Positions 50,484 to 61,094 of a stretch of 64,000 nt of DNA are shown here, piece by piece. Under the pieces are notes generated by a model that was not told where the DNA came from, did not search any database, and saw only the letters and a program-made list of their open reading frames with translations. The stretch comes from a virus, in UHGV virus genome UHGV-0039337, one strand, 5' to 3'. Numbering within the stretch: the stretch's first letter is position 1; every line of letters starts with the position of its first letter. The position numbers were made by a program, and so were the translations under genes.

Positions 50484-51989
50484 TTGGCTATTAATGATTA
50501 TACAAACTTTGATTATAATATAGATCAATTAACTAAACCTATAGACTTGGATATTAAAAAGCAAGGTAATGTATTAGATAGTGATAAATTTAATTCTTCG
50601 TTACTATCTATACAAGAAAATTTAGATGTATTATATGAAAAAACACGTTATTTAGAAGATAGTATAGATTATGCAAGAACATTCTTAGATCAGAAAATAA
50701 CTGCTTTTAATAATAGAGCAACATCTATTATTAAAAGTATAGAAGATATAAAATCTATTAATAAGAATATGTCATACTTAGAATTCTCAGTTCCTTTTCA
50801 AAAGAATACAGTTGATTCTACAGATAGAAATAAAGATTATAAAGTTGAGCCTTGTGACTTAAATGGAGATAATAAAGTTTTAACCCTTTCTGCTCATGCT
50901 AACAAAACATATAAATTATCATCTATTAATAAGACAAGTGTAGCAGTACCTTATGATTCTAATGTAAATGATATTATAAACGGAGAAAAATATAGAGCAA
51001 TATATATAGAAGATAGAATACAGAAAGATGGTATAAATGAAAACTATACATGTTATTTGCCTTATGCCATGGAAGTCAATAATATAGATATAGTACCAGT
51101 AAACTGTACAGTAAATAATATTACTTTAGTATATCCTAATGGAATTACAGAGTTACTTGATAATAAAATTACTGGAATTAACACTAACTCTCGTATGATT
51201 ACTCATTTTACTTTTAATCTAAAATGCACTACTTATGAAACAGTAGAATATGTTTTAGATAAAGAATTAGCTAATGCTGATAATATATGGAATGAATTAA
51301 AAACCTTTGAATATAATTTAAACTTTAATAAAGATACCAAAGTCGAGATTGAAGCATTAATAGAAAGAACTACTACTGACTCAAACGGTAAATCTAGAAC
51401 AAAAAAATATAAGGATGCTCCTGGAGAAACAATTACTGTAGTTAGATACATATATATAATGGGAATAGATACTATAACTGCTAATCTATTAATGTTAAAT
51501 AATAACTGTTATTTCTTATCTGAAAATATTAATACTGGTCACTTTGAACAAAATGATTATTTACAATTAGCTGTGTCTGATAATGTAGGCGAGTTTTCTA
51601 GTATAGAATATTTTATAGTAGATGGAGATATTGAAGTGCCCATATTACCTATGTCAGAAAAATATGTGCATAATGAACGTATATTTCCAGAAACTGATTT
51701 AAGGTTTGACATCGATATAGATTTATATAATTCTATAGACACTAAAATTAAACGTAATGGTATGACTATAAATTCATCATTAGATAATGTTATAGATCAA
51801 TATGATGCAGTATATTCTATATCATATCATCAAGCAGATAATGTATATAATTACACGCCTATTAATGATACTATAAGAATTAAGGCAATAATAAGATATT
51901 ATGGTTCTACTTTAGATACCATACCATATATAGAAACTATTAATATAAGAAAATATGGAGGAAATACATTATGGACACAACTATATTAG
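50484..51989 (+). CDS. Hypothetical protein (501 aa, TTG start), N-terminal coiled coil plus beta-rich body
   Basis: RBS aaggatggtgatatt before TTG. No recognisable catalytic motifs. Confidence 0.7.
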   Translation: MAINDYTNFDYNIDQLTKPIDLDIKKQGNVLDSDKFNSSLLSIQENLDVLYEKTRYLEDSIDYARTFLDQKITAFNNRATSIIKSIEDIKSINKNMSYLEFSVPFQKNTVDSTDRNKDYKVEPCDLNGDNKVLTLSAHANKTYKLSSINKTSVAVPYDSNVNDIINGEKYRAIYIEDRIQKDGINENYTCYLPYAMEVNNIDIVPVNCTVNNITLVYPNGITELLDNKITGINTNSRMITHFTFNLKCTTYETVEYVLDKELANADNIWNELKTFEYNLNFNKDTKVEIEALIERTTTDSNGKSRTKKYKDAPGETITVVRYIYIMGIDTITANLLMLNNNCYFLSENINTGHFEQNDYLQLAVSDNVGEFSSIEYFIVDGDIEVPILPMSEKYVHNERIFPETDLRFDIDIDLYNSIDTKIKRNGMTINSSLDNVIDQYDAVYSISYHQADNVYNYTPINDTIRIKAIIRYYGSTLDTIPYIETINIRKYGGNTLWTQLY

Positions 51990-53374
51990 ATAATAAAAAG
52001 CAATCATTAACTATTGATTATACTCCTACATATGAACAACTTATAATACATCCTGAAGAAGGAGAAAACTTTAAAATAAATAGTTCTTTTTCCAATATTT
52101 ATTATGATATGAAGCAAATAGATAGACTATTAATAAACCAAAGTTATATGCTAGATAATCTTATGAAGAATACAGTTTATAGACTTGACACTATAGATAT
52201 AAATATAAAATCAGAACAAGAACGTTTACAAGATATAAAAATGTTATGTAATAAGTATACAGATTTTGATAACGTTATACCTATAACTCAAAATAATGTT
52301 AATTCTGGTATATATACTTTTAATAATTGCGCTTTTTATTGCGGTATATCAAATCATAATAAACGTAAAGCTAATATTTTAAGTATAAATGGTAACGGAT
52401 TAGAAGGAAATAAATATGTATATAAAGATGAGCAGTATGTAAAGGACAGTGTAGATACATCTAATAGAATATATATAACAGATGCTTCAGATACTAGTTA
52501 TTATGAATACGAAAGAATAACTGCCAGTTCAACAGAACCATATCTATTGAGTGATTTTAATATAGATAGTGAAGATGCTAAATGTACTTTATCTTTTAGC
52601 ACTAAAGAAAATATCAATTTAATAACCATTACTTCTGACGATACTACGGTACGAGTAATAGGTGTTCAATATTCGTACGACGGAATTGAATATATGCCAT
52701 TAGAAATACCTGATATTATAATAAATAACAAACAGTATTGCTATGAAAATAGTGAATATATATGTGGTGACAATAAAATCTCCGTACCTTCTTGTAAATT
52801 CGTAAAGATAACATTTCAATCAGTAGGAACAACTGATGATATAATAGCTTATGATAGAGTAATGTTTTCTCATGAAGACGTACATAAAACATTAGAAGAA
52901 TTAGGATTGAATTACATACCAATAACAACTTCTAGAGCAACATATAACGATTTAAAAGATGCTACTATTATAATAAACTCTGCTAAAAGACATAATATTA
53001 AATTAAACGATATAACATTATCTAGTAATACATATGTATTATCATCTTATTTTACTACTAATGAACTTATAACTAATGGAAAATATTATTCTGCTGCTGT
53101 TTTCGCTAATGTATATATTCCTCAAGGATTAAGTTCTGATAATGTAAGTTTTGTTCTTACTATTAATGGTATAGATTATGATGCTATACCAATTAATGTA
53201 GATGGAAGCGGTAAGAAAGTATTTAGATATTCTCAAGGTAAAAGCAATTTAACATATACTCAATTACTTGATGAACCTATTAAAAGTCTATATCTAACTG
53301 TTAAAATGAACGGTACTAATGATATTACACCTTTTATTGGTAATATAAAGATTTTGTTAGGAGGCGAAATATAG
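51971..53374 (+). CDS. Hypothetical protein (467 aa)
   Basis: ATG overlaps the upstream gene by 19 nt. Has an N-terminal coiled-coil-like region. Confidence 0.7.
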   Translation: MDTTILDNKKQSLTIDYTPTYEQLIIHPEEGENFKINSSFSNIYYDMKQIDRLLINQSYMLDNLMKNTVYRLDTIDINIKSEQERLQDIKMLCNKYTDFDNVIPITQNNVNSGIYTFNNCAFYCGISNHNKRKANILSINGNGLEGNKYVYKDEQYVKDSVDTSNRIYITDASDTSYYEYERITASSTEPYLLSDFNIDSEDAKCTLSFSTKENINLITITSDDTTVRVIGVQYSYDGIEYMPLEIPDIIINNKQYCYENSEYICGDNKISVPSCKFVKITFQSVGTTDDIIAYDRVMFSHEDVHKTLEELGLNYIPITTSRATYNDLKDATIIINSAKRHNIKLNDITLSSNTYVLSSYFTTNELITNGKYYSAAVFANVYIPQGLSSDNVSFVLTINGIDYDAIPINVDGSGKKVFRYSQGKSNLTYTQLLDEPIKSLYLTVKMNGTNDITPFIGNIKILLGGEI

Positions 53375-54574
53375 TTGATAAATGGATACCAAGACATGTT
53401 AGCAAAAGCTAAGTTTTATAAGAAACAAGTTATACAATCATTTATTAAACAGGGATATTTTCCTAGTAACGAAGAGATTCAAACTGCCCTATCTGATATA
53501 GACACTAGAAGCGCATTACTTGAAACATATTTATCAGCTAAGGGTTCATTATTCAATACTAAAGAGATAAATTACATGTTTGAATGTATATACAAAGATT
53601 TAAATATTTTATATGAGACATTAAATGAAATACTGATAAATCAATACAATAAACTAAAGTTAGATATAGAAGCTAGACTACTAGAAATGGAGCAAAAAGC
53701 TAATAATCTTAAAAGAAGAATGGACGAAGAAACAAATGGGACTACTTTAGGTACTACTATATTTTTTAAATCTAATCAATGGGAAGCAGAAACTAATGAT
53801 GATGTTACTATTATACCATTAACTACTATGGATTTAATAGACGGTTCTAGAATAGCCTTTTTTGCTAATATAAATAACATTGATGCTAGTTCAGTATATT
53901 TTCAACTTGATGCTCTAGATGATTCTAATAATAGATTCTTTGCATTACCATATAACTATAATGAAGATGTTTATACTGTACCAGGTACTTTAGGTATTAA
54001 TAGATATGAGCTTAACATGAATGGACAGCTTATCATTAATGGCGAAATTAATATAATACTTAAGAATGCAGATTATGATAATGATTATAAAGTATTAGGT
54101 GGCAGTACTGCAATGAAAGTAACGTATAAAGATGATAATACTGTTGTATATGAACCTTTTGCAGATAAAAATCGTTCATTTCGAGCTACAAGAGATTGTT
54201 ATATAGAGTTTTATATGCTAGACGATACGCAAATATCATATACCTTTAATAAAGCTCCTAATCATACTAACTTTGCTCTTAATGATGGAATAATAACTTC
54301 TACAAAGTCTATTACAAAAGTATTTATAGACGCTCCTGCTAATTTTATATGTAATTTTAATATAGAAAAAGGTGAAGTATGGGCAGTATGCTCTGATGCT
54401 TTAGTAAGAGGAGAAGATACAATAGTATACACAGATGATTATTCTTTACGTGATTTTATTATATTAGAATTTGTAAAAACTTATACTACTAAGTATAAAA
54501 TATCGTTAATATTAAAATCTAATAGTAATATAGTAAACTATATAGATTGTGTATATATAAAAGAAATAGATTAA
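53375..54574 (+). CDS. Hypothetical protein (399 aa, TTG start)
   Basis: RBS ttaggaggcgaaatatag runs directly into TTG. Has an N-terminal coiled coil. Confidence 0.7.
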   Translation: MINGYQDMLAKAKFYKKQVIQSFIKQGYFPSNEEIQTALSDIDTRSALLETYLSAKGSLFNTKEINYMFECIYKDLNILYETLNEILINQYNKLKLDIEARLLEMEQKANNLKRRMDEETNGTTLGTTIFFKSNQWEAETNDDVTIIPLTTMDLIDGSRIAFFANINNIDASSVYFQLDALDDSNNRFFALPYNYNEDVYTVPGTLGINRYELNMNGQLIINGEINIILKNADYDNDYKVLGGSTAMKVTYKDDNTVVYEPFADKNRSFRATRDCYIEFYMLDDTQISYTFNKAPNHTNFALNDGIITSTKSITKVFIDAPANFICNFNIEKGEVWAVCSDALVRGEDTIVYTDDYSLRDFIILEFVKTYTTKYKISLILKSNSNIVNYIDCVYIKEID

Positions 54575-54593
54575 TATATACGAGGTGATGAAT

Positions 54594-54830
54594 ATGATAA
54601 ATTATAATATGAGATATAGAGGTCCATACGAATATGATAAATTCATACTTAATATTTTTCAATACAGTAATGCTATATATGATTTCGAGAACGATTTAAA
54701 CAAAAACAGTACCTTTACTACAATTAACGAAATAAAAGAAACAGTAGATAGTATTTATAATCAAATAATTAAAGAGAACGGTTTAAGTGATAATATATAT
54801 AAAACTTTAATTATGTTAGGAGATGAATAA
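54594..54830 (+). CDS. Small hypothetical protein (~78 aa)
   Basis: RBS cgaggtgatgaat. The track offers an alternative GTG start at 54585. Confidence 0.6.
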   Translation: MINYNMRYRGPYEYDKFILNIFQYSNAIYDFENDLNKNSTFTTINEIKETVDSIYNQIIKENGLSDNIYKTLIMLGDE

Positions 54831-54835
54831 GATAC

Positions 54836-55942
54836 ATGGCTACATATAAACTAAGCTCCCAAGAGCTTAATGAAGAATTTGCTAATAAGAAAAATAAGAT
54901 AGACGAAATACAACTAACTGTTAATAATTTTAAAGCTGATATGAATAAAAAGCTTATGATTGTTAATTATGCGTTAGAAATAGCTAACAATAAATTAGGA
55001 CTATTAAATGCAGGAGTAAATACAGATAAGACTCTTATCACTTTTGACAATAATATTTATAACAATGGAATGTTTGAACAATATTGTTATGAGATACATC
55101 CTAAATTCAAATCAACACCTAACGATATATTCAATTTAAGTTTAACTAATGGCGGATGTATGTTTAAACAAAATGTAAAATGCATAGTGAATGGCGTTGA
55201 GAATGAAGAATGGATTAATGTATTACAATCAGAAAACATACCTACTAAATCCATAGTATTTGATGAATATTATACTGACACTATAGAAGTGTCATATACA
55301 ATAGATAATACTAGTACATGGGGTACTTCTAGATTTAATTTAATAGAGATAGATCCATATATAAGTGGTATATATTCTATTGAGTCTATAGATTGTTATA
55401 CTATAGATACTGCTAACAATTTATCGTCTGAACCTACTAAATCATTTTCTAACATAAATAACTTTGGAAAAATTAGATTAATACTAGATGAAAAAATAAA
55501 GTTCGGTAAAGTAGTTTTTAAATTTAAATGCAATTACAAATCACATATAAATGATTCTGTAGTATATCCATTTGGTATTAAACATATCTTCTTTAAAGAA
55601 GCGGATTTTGTTACTGAATCTTGTGCTATAGTTCATGCTAGATTTGATGACTACGTAGAATATATAGAAGATAAAATAATATTATTTACTCCTACTGGTA
55701 AAATAGAAACTAGTTGTTCTTATTATGGCATAGAAACATATACCACATATGAAAATAATACTCTATTGAATAAAGTTCAATATACAACTAAAGCTGGCAC
55801 GTACAGAATACCAAAAAACACTATGAGTCTATATTTTAAAATACCTTTGTACATAACTAATAGTGCAGATGATACTAAACAATATTTATGTCTTAATGGA
55901 TTAAAGGTAAATATATCAACTAAAGATTTATTAATAATTTAA
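54836..55942 (+). CDS. Hypothetical protein (368 aa), last gene before the module-boundary terminator
   Basis: Has an N-terminal coiled coil (QELNEEFANKKNKIDEIQLTVNNFKADMNKK) and then a beta-rich region. Confidence 0.7.
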   Translation: MATYKLSSQELNEEFANKKNKIDEIQLTVNNFKADMNKKLMIVNYALEIANNKLGLLNAGVNTDKTLITFDNNIYNNGMFEQYCYEIHPKFKSTPNDIFNLSLTNGGCMFKQNVKCIVNGVENEEWINVLQSENIPTKSIVFDEYYTDTIEVSYTIDNTSTWGTSRFNLIEIDPYISGIYSIESIDCYTIDTANNLSSEPTKSFSNINNFGKIRLILDEKIKFGKVVFKFKCNYKSHINDSVVYPFGIKHIFFKEADFVTESCAIVHARFDDYVEYIEDKIILFTPTGKIETSCSYYGIETYTTYENNTLLNKVQYTTKAGTYRIPKNTMSLYFKIPLYITNSADDTKQYLCLNGLKVNISTKDLLII

Positions 55943-55947
55943 AATTT

Positions 55948-56000
55948 CACTCTTCTTACTGCGTATATTATTATCAAAAAGCAGTGAGGAGAGTGTTTTA
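55948..56000 (+). terminator. Strong rho-independent terminator at the structural/replication module boundary
   Basis: cactcttcttactgc-(18 nt)-gcagtgaggagagtg forms a 15-bp stem with two G.U pairs, followed by ttttac. Confidence 0.8.
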
Positions 56001-56002
56001 CT

Positions 56003-56587
56003 TTGGATATTTTGAATAATTATATAGAGCTTATGTATGGTTTTGAAGTAACAGATTTATATATTATAAATCAAATCACAAGAATTATAGGATACTTAAA
56101 AGATAATAGTTATAATGATGATGAAATAATGCATTATCTATTACATAACGGTCCTGTTATAAGAGAATCATTATTTAATACACTTACTGATTGTGTATTA
56201 TATTATAATAATGAATTAGTCGTAGAGTCTAAAGCTCCTACATGGCATCCAGAAAAAGAAGAGACCATTACTGAATATTATAGAGAACCTAGATGTAGAT
56301 TTACTATGAACGATCTATTAGATATGTATTATACTAAGTTAAAAGTTCCATATGAGTTACAAGATAGAAAAAGAGATGGTGGCGCTTTAACTCATTTACT
56401 TGACAAATATAAATTTAAGTATTTCACTTCATTAGATTTCATAGTGACTATGATAAAACTAGCTGAGGAGAATAATGAATCACCTAGTTCAGTATTTAAT
56501 ATAGAAAAGTATACAGATGAAGCATTTAATCTATTAAACACATTAGCGCAATATAACAAAATAAGTATAGTGTGGAGAAATAAATAA
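56003..56587 (+). CDS. Hypothetical protein (194 aa; start uncertain, TTG at 56003 or ATG at 56034)
   Basis: Long ORF. The RBS is weak and partly inside the terminator stem. Confidence 0.55.
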   Translation: MDILNNYIELMYGFEVTDLYIINQITRIIGYLKDNSYNDDEIMHYLLHNGPVIRESLFNTLTDCVLYYNNELVVESKAPTWHPEKEETITEYYREPRCRFTMNDLLDMYYTKLKVPYELQDRKRDGGALTHLLDKYKFKYFTSLDFIVTMIKLAEENNESPSSVFNIEKYTDEAFNLLNTLAQYNKISIVWRNK

Positions 56588-57591
56588 TGGCGTGCAATAT
56601 AATAGAAGTTGGAGGAGTAATAAACAATAACTTTATACGTAATAGATATTGTTTAAAATCAGAATTAAATGAAAGAATAAAACAGTTTACTGGAGATAAA
56701 TATATGACAATATATAGCTATGACTCTAAAGATATTAATACTTGTAATTTTATAGCTCCCTTGTATCTAGATTTTGATATAGATAATCTAAAAGATAATT
56801 ATGATAAGTTAATAAGAGACTTAAAAATAATAGTATACAGATTGAAAACAGAATTACATTTAGAAAACAGAGATATAGAAATATATTTTAGTGGCGCTAA
56901 AGGATTTCATATATTAATAAATCATAAAGTATTTGGATTCAAACCTTCACGTACTATTAATAAAGATTTAAAAACTGTAGCTGTATATTTTAAAGCTTCT
57001 ACTTTTACTAAGTGTATAGACACAAGTATATATGATTATCGTAGACTTTTTAGAGTACCTAATACTATTAATAGTAAGACGGGATTATATAAAGTACCTA
57101 TATCATATAGCAGATTAATTAAAATGAGTTATTCAGAATTATTAAGCTATGCATCTAAGCCTCGTAAGATGATTAAAAAGCCTGTGATTTATAATCAAAA
57201 GGCACATGATGCATTCTATGAATTAATAAACAAGATACAAGAAAGAAAGAAGCAAACAGTTAATACAGCTGTAGCTAGAGAATATGTGAATAGTAAAAAG
57301 CTTCTACCTTGTGTAGAATATTTATTACAGAATGGAGCAGAAGAGGGCCAACGTAATAATTGTACCATAGCACTTGCTAGTGCATTATTTCAGATAGGGC
57401 ACTCTAAAGAAGAAGTTATAGAAATACTTGATACTTGGAATCAAACTAAAAATGATTCTCCTATTTCTGATAGAGAATTGTACACAACTGTTAATAGCGC
57501 ATATAATAATTCTAAAAATAATATTTATTATGGATGCAGTGCTTTTAGAGAATTAGGAGTATGTATAAAAGACTGTCCAATAAATAAATAG
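56587..57591 (+). CDS. Primase-polymerase (archaeo-eukaryotic primase fold) with a Cys-containing C-terminal domain
   Basis: The AEP motifs are DFDID (DxD), SGAKGFHILI (sGxxGxH) and RLFRVPNTINSKTG. The stop and start overlap (taATGg). Confidence 0.75.
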   Translation: MACNIIEVGGVINNNFIRNRYCLKSELNERIKQFTGDKYMTIYSYDSKDINTCNFIAPLYLDFDIDNLKDNYDKLIRDLKIIVYRLKTELHLENRDIEIYFSGAKGFHILINHKVFGFKPSRTINKDLKTVAVYFKASTFTKCIDTSIYDYRRLFRVPNTINSKTGLYKVPISYSRLIKMSYSELLSYASKPRKMIKKPVIYNQKAHDAFYELINKIQERKKQTVNTAVAREYVNSKKLLPCVEYLLQNGAEEGQRNNCTIALASALFQIGHSKEEVIEILDTWNQTKNDSPISDRELYTTVNSAYNNSKNNIYYGCSAFRELGVCIKDCPINK

Positions 57592-57605
57592 GGAGAGATG
57601 ATATA

Positions 57606-58706
57606 ATGAGAGAAGATATTAAAAAAATATTAATGGGGCCAAAGAATGTATCTACTACAAAAAAGGAAAATGTCAAGGAAGTATTAAAAGAATCTGATAC
57701 ATTAACAGTAGAAATACAAGACTATTATAACAACTTAGCTAATGATATAGATAATTTCGATAAGTTAGCGTGGGAATCTAAAACAGGATATGATACACCA
57801 CACTTTCCTAGTTTTACTAAAAATTTAGAAGGTTGGACTCCTGGGTTTTATACATTTGCAGGTGCCGCTAACGCAGGAAAAACAGCATTAATGCTTAATA
57901 TACTAGAAGATTTATGTACTACAGAATCTAATAAGCTATTCGGTATATTCTTTTCATTAGATGATAGCAAAAATAAAGTTATACCTAGAGTAGTAGCAAT
58001 GAGAGAAACTATTCCTATATCTGCTGTATCTAAACCAGCAAGATATAAAGCAATGATAGATAACGGTCATGAAGACACATTATTATTTAATGAATACTTA
58101 ACCAAACGTAAAGAAGGATTAAAGTCTCTTAAGGCAGATAGTAATAAAATGATTATATTCGATTCTACAGAAATTAAAACATATACTCAACTATATGATA
58201 CTATTAAGAATATATATATGTATGTTAAAGCACAAGACGAAGAGGCCAATATTGTAATAGCTATAGATAGCTTAAAAGATGTAGTACTTGACGATGTAAA
58301 ATTAGATATCTCAGAACGTATAGCAGAAGTAGCACGTAGAATAAAAGATATATCTATAGAATTTAATTGTATAATATTATCTTCAATGCATCTAAGAAAA
58401 CTTAACGCTACACGTAGGCCAACATTAGATGATTTAAGAGAATCAAATACTCTTGAGTACGAATTAGATGTATGTTTTCTAATATATAACGATGTATCTA
58501 AGAATAAACAAAATGCTAAGATATTCAGATATGAAGATGATACAGATACAGAGAAAAAGCCTATACTTGAAATAGATTGGGCTAAAAATAAAATAAGTTC
58601 ATACAAAGGCGTGTCATTCTGTAACTTTTCTCCTGAATATAATAAGTGCATAGAAGTAAATGATGCAGCAGCTGAACAATATACAATAAAATTGTACACA
58701 TTATAA
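57606..58706 (+). CDS. DnaB-family replicative helicase (C-terminal RecA-like domain only)
   Basis: Walker A is GAANAGKTAL. AIDSLKDV is the H2/DxLQ-like motif. ILSSMHLRKLNATRRPTLDDLRESNTLEYELDVCFLIYND matches the DnaB C-terminal SQLsR...P.LsDLReSG.iEqdADvv signature. Confidence 0.8.
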   Translation: MREDIKKILMGPKNVSTTKKENVKEVLKESDTLTVEIQDYYNNLANDIDNFDKLAWESKTGYDTPHFPSFTKNLEGWTPGFYTFAGAANAGKTALMLNILEDLCTTESNKLFGIFFSLDDSKNKVIPRVVAMRETIPISAVSKPARYKAMIDNGHEDTLLFNEYLTKRKEGLKSLKADSNKMIIFDSTEIKTYTQLYDTIKNIYMYVKAQDEEANIVIAIDSLKDVVLDDVKLDISERIAEVARRIKDISIEFNCIILSSMHLRKLNATRRPTLDDLRESNTLEYELDVCFLIYNDVSKNKQNAKIFRYEDDTDTEKKPILEIDWAKNKISSYKGVSFCNFSPEYNKCIEVNDAAAEQYTIKLYTL

Positions 58707-58839
58707 TTATTATCCCCTTAATTAGTAATATTATAATGAAGAATACTAGATGAAGGGGATAAATTTTAATTATATATAAGTGTGCCCAATGTCTCCTTTT
58801 GATATACGTATTCTTACAATATTGAAAGGAGATTTTTGT

Positions 58840-59475
58840 ATGCCTAAAAAAGATAAGATATTTGTTAGTGTTAAATCAGTGGTTGACGAATTAAAAGAAT
58901 CAGATTCCATTGATACTCAAAGAGACTACAGAAAAAAGATAGCTTATACTACTCAAGATATAGTAGATAAATTAGATCAACAAAAATTACGTGATATTGA
59001 ACTAGAATTTATGCGTAAAGCAACACGTGAAGAATTAGAAGACAGTATACGTAAATTAGATAATCATTCTATTTGTTCTGGTAATGTAGTATGTCCTAAA
59101 GATATTCCAGTAACTGTAGTTAAAGAAGATAGTAAATGTGAGGGGTGCACACCCAAAGAGCAAAAACAAAAGCTTACTCAATTAGTAGAAGAAGTGCACG
59201 GTCCTAATTGTCATTGCTCTAAATGTTGTCCGGATCCTAATCCAACTTTTTTACAAAAGCATAAGTTTAAGTTTTTAGCAGCCATAACCTTTGTATGTGT
59301 ATTGATACTATCTATAGGTTGGTTACCTTCAGGAGGAAGTTATGATGCTTTGCAAAAAGCATACGTAGAACTTATAGTAAGTTTACCAAAAATGGTATTA
59401 TTGTCTATAGCTGGTTTTGCTGTTTTTAAAATGGCTAAATCAAAAGATAACGAAAAAGACGAGAAGAAGAAGTAG
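58840..59475 (+). CDS. Membrane protein (211 aa): Cys-rich N-terminal domain, two C-terminal transmembrane helices and a charged tail
   Basis: ATG at 58840 with RBS gaaaggagatttttgt. The track's 58780 start reads through the RBS. The TM segments are FLAAITFVCVLILSIGWL and MVLLSIAGFAVFKMA, followed by KSKDNEKDEKKK. Confidence 0.7.
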   Translation: MPKKDKIFVSVKSVVDELKESDSIDTQRDYRKKIAYTTQDIVDKLDQQKLRDIELEFMRKATREELEDSIRKLDNHSICSGNVVCPKDIPVTVVKEDSKCEGCTPKEQKQKLTQLVEEVHGPNCHCSKCCPDPNPTFLQKHKFKFLAAITFVCVLILSIGWLPSGGSYDALQKAYVELIVSLPKMVLLSIAGFAVFKMAKSKDNEKDEKKK

Positions 59476-59478
59476 TTT

Positions 59479-60378
59479 ATGTATAAATTCATTACTATAT
59501 TATTATCATTTATGCTAACATCATGTTTGTTTACTAATTCTTTTGCAGATTCTAGTATCATATATGATATACTTAATAAACCATATGAGCAATCAACTGG
59601 TGAAGATATAATATATAACATTATTGGTAAAAAAAAGACTAATAAAGAGATAAAAGTTAAAATCTTAAATGAAAATTCTATAAGTGATGAATTAGAAAGC
59701 GAAAATAAAAAACAAGAAAAAGATACTAAAATTAAGTTAAATATACCAAATAAAAAATCAGATAAAAATGCTTATATAAAAGGTTTAGATATTTCTAAAT
59801 GGAATGGCAATATAGATTGGAACGCTGTAGAAAGAGCAGATATTAAGTTTGTTATTATTAGAGCAGGATATGGTACACATATAGATTATAAATTTGAACA
59901 GAACATAAATAATGCTATTAAACATAATATGATAATTGGAGTTTATTGGTTTGGATACGCTTATACCAATGATATGGCTGTTGAAGAAGCAAAAATATGT
60001 GATAGAACTATTAGAAAATATAAAAAGCATATTATATTACCTGTTTTTTATGACTATGAATATGATAGTGTTAATTATGCTGCTAAAATGGGAGTAAGAG
60101 TTAACAAAAGAATGGTAAGTTCTTTCACTAATTACTTTTGTTCTTTTATTAAAAATAAAGGTTATGCTACAGGTATATATACTAATATAGATTATGCTAA
60201 TAGATATTTTTCACGTAGCATATTGAACAAATATCATACTTGGATAGCACAATGGGTAGGTTCTTGCTCATATAAATATAACTATATTGTTTGGCAATGT
60301 ACGGATAGTTATTATATAAGTAACAAAAAATATGACCTTGATTATTTTTATTACAATAGATATATAGGTGATAAATAA
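59479..60378 (+). CDS. GH25-family muramidase (lysozyme) with an N-terminal lipoprotein-type signal peptide
   Basis: GLDISKWNGNIDWNAVERADIKFVIIRAGYG is the GH25 signature. The N-terminus is MYKFITILLSFMLTSC, a lipobox-like LTSC. Confidence 0.8.
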   Translation: MYKFITILLSFMLTSCLFTNSFADSSIIYDILNKPYEQSTGEDIIYNIIGKKKTNKEIKVKILNENSISDELESENKKQEKDTKIKLNIPNKKSDKNAYIKGLDISKWNGNIDWNAVERADIKFVIIRAGYGTHIDYKFEQNINNAIKHNMIIGVYWFGYAYTNDMAVEEAKICDRTIRKYKKHIILPVFYDYEYDSVNYAAKMGVRVNKRMVSSFTNYFCSFIKNKGYATGIYTNIDYANRYFSRSILNKYHTWIAQWVGSCSYKYNYIVWQCTDSYYISNKKYDLDYFYYNRYIGDK

Positions 60379-61079
60379 TGAAACGTAAAATACTTATAAT
60401 ACTATTATCTATATACATGGTTCTATCATGTACAAGTAGTTCAACGGCATATCCCTTAACTTATTCTGGTAAACCTTTAATAGATAAATCACAAGCTGAA
60501 CAATATTTAAAAGATCGTCATGCAAGTAAAAAAATGTTAGATTGTTTAGATTTTATTTACGATTATGCAGAGAAAATTCGTTTAGATCCTTCTGAAGTAG
60601 TTGCTATGTCAGCTATAGAAACCGGATTTGGTAAATCTCATTTATTTGTGGTTTACAATAATCCGGGAGGGATAAAATCATCTCATACTAGCAATGGTTG
60701 GGCACATTACAAAACAGCTGAAGATGGTTATAAGGGAATGATAAATCTATTAGCAACATACGACGGTTTAATAAATAAAAAATCATATTTATATGATGTA
60801 TCCGAAACTACGGAAGGATTAGCTGGTATTTACTGGACTAATTATGGTAACGATGCAGGGTATCATAAACAATTATCAAAAGTTATAGAAACTATGCGTT
60901 CTTATCCTATTAAAAAACAAAATACTATTAAACCAAGCAAACCTAAAAAGCTTATAAAAAAATCTACTGAGAAACCTATTATAACTAAAAATCATACAGG
61001 TATAGATATTATCTACGATATCTTAAATAAAGATGATAATACTAGTGGTTTTGATTATATAATGAACTTTCTAAAATAA
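60378..61079 (+). CDS. Mannosyl-glycoprotein endo-beta-N-acetylglucosaminidase-family peptidoglycan hydrolase with a lipoprotein signal
   Basis: SAIETGFGKSHLFVVYNNPGGIKS matches the glucosaminidase-domain AiEsGwG...N.fGIK core. The N-terminus MKRKILIILLSIYMVLSC has a VLSC lipobox. The start overlaps the upstream stop. Confidence 0.75.
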   Translation: MKRKILIILLSIYMVLSCTSSSTAYPLTYSGKPLIDKSQAEQYLKDRHASKKMLDCLDFIYDYAEKIRLDPSEVVAMSAIETGFGKSHLFVVYNNPGGIKSSHTSNGWAHYKTAEDGYKGMINLLATYDGLINKKSYLYDVSETTEGLAGIYWTNYGNDAGYHKQLSKVIETMRSYPIKKQNTIKPSKPKKLIKKSTEKPIITKNHTGIDIIYDILNKDDNTSGFDYIMNFLK

Positions 61080-61094
61080 GGTGGTGAAAATATC

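Noticed and set aside
15192-58839. Extended N-terminal starts given by the ORF track at 15192, 17512, 26180, 31138 and 58780
   Set aside because: Each extension reads through the gene's own Shine-Dalgarno sequence, or through a hairpin in the case of 15192, and overlaps the upstream gene. Internal ATGs with properly spaced RBSs at 15229, 17521, 26201, 31195 and 58840 are preferred.
1928-60418. All reverse-strand ORFs on the track, for example 1928-2197, 3812-4012, 11440-11757, 11848-12327, 19142-19342, 29771-30196, 34338-34853 and 58187-58699
   Set aside because: Each lies entirely inside a long forward-strand gene with an RBS and recognisable domains. Their translations are low-complexity (Leu/Ile/Phe/Ser-rich, or Ala/Val-rich opposite the Ala/Thr-rich fibre shafts). 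This is the typical antisense artefact of an AT-rich genome.
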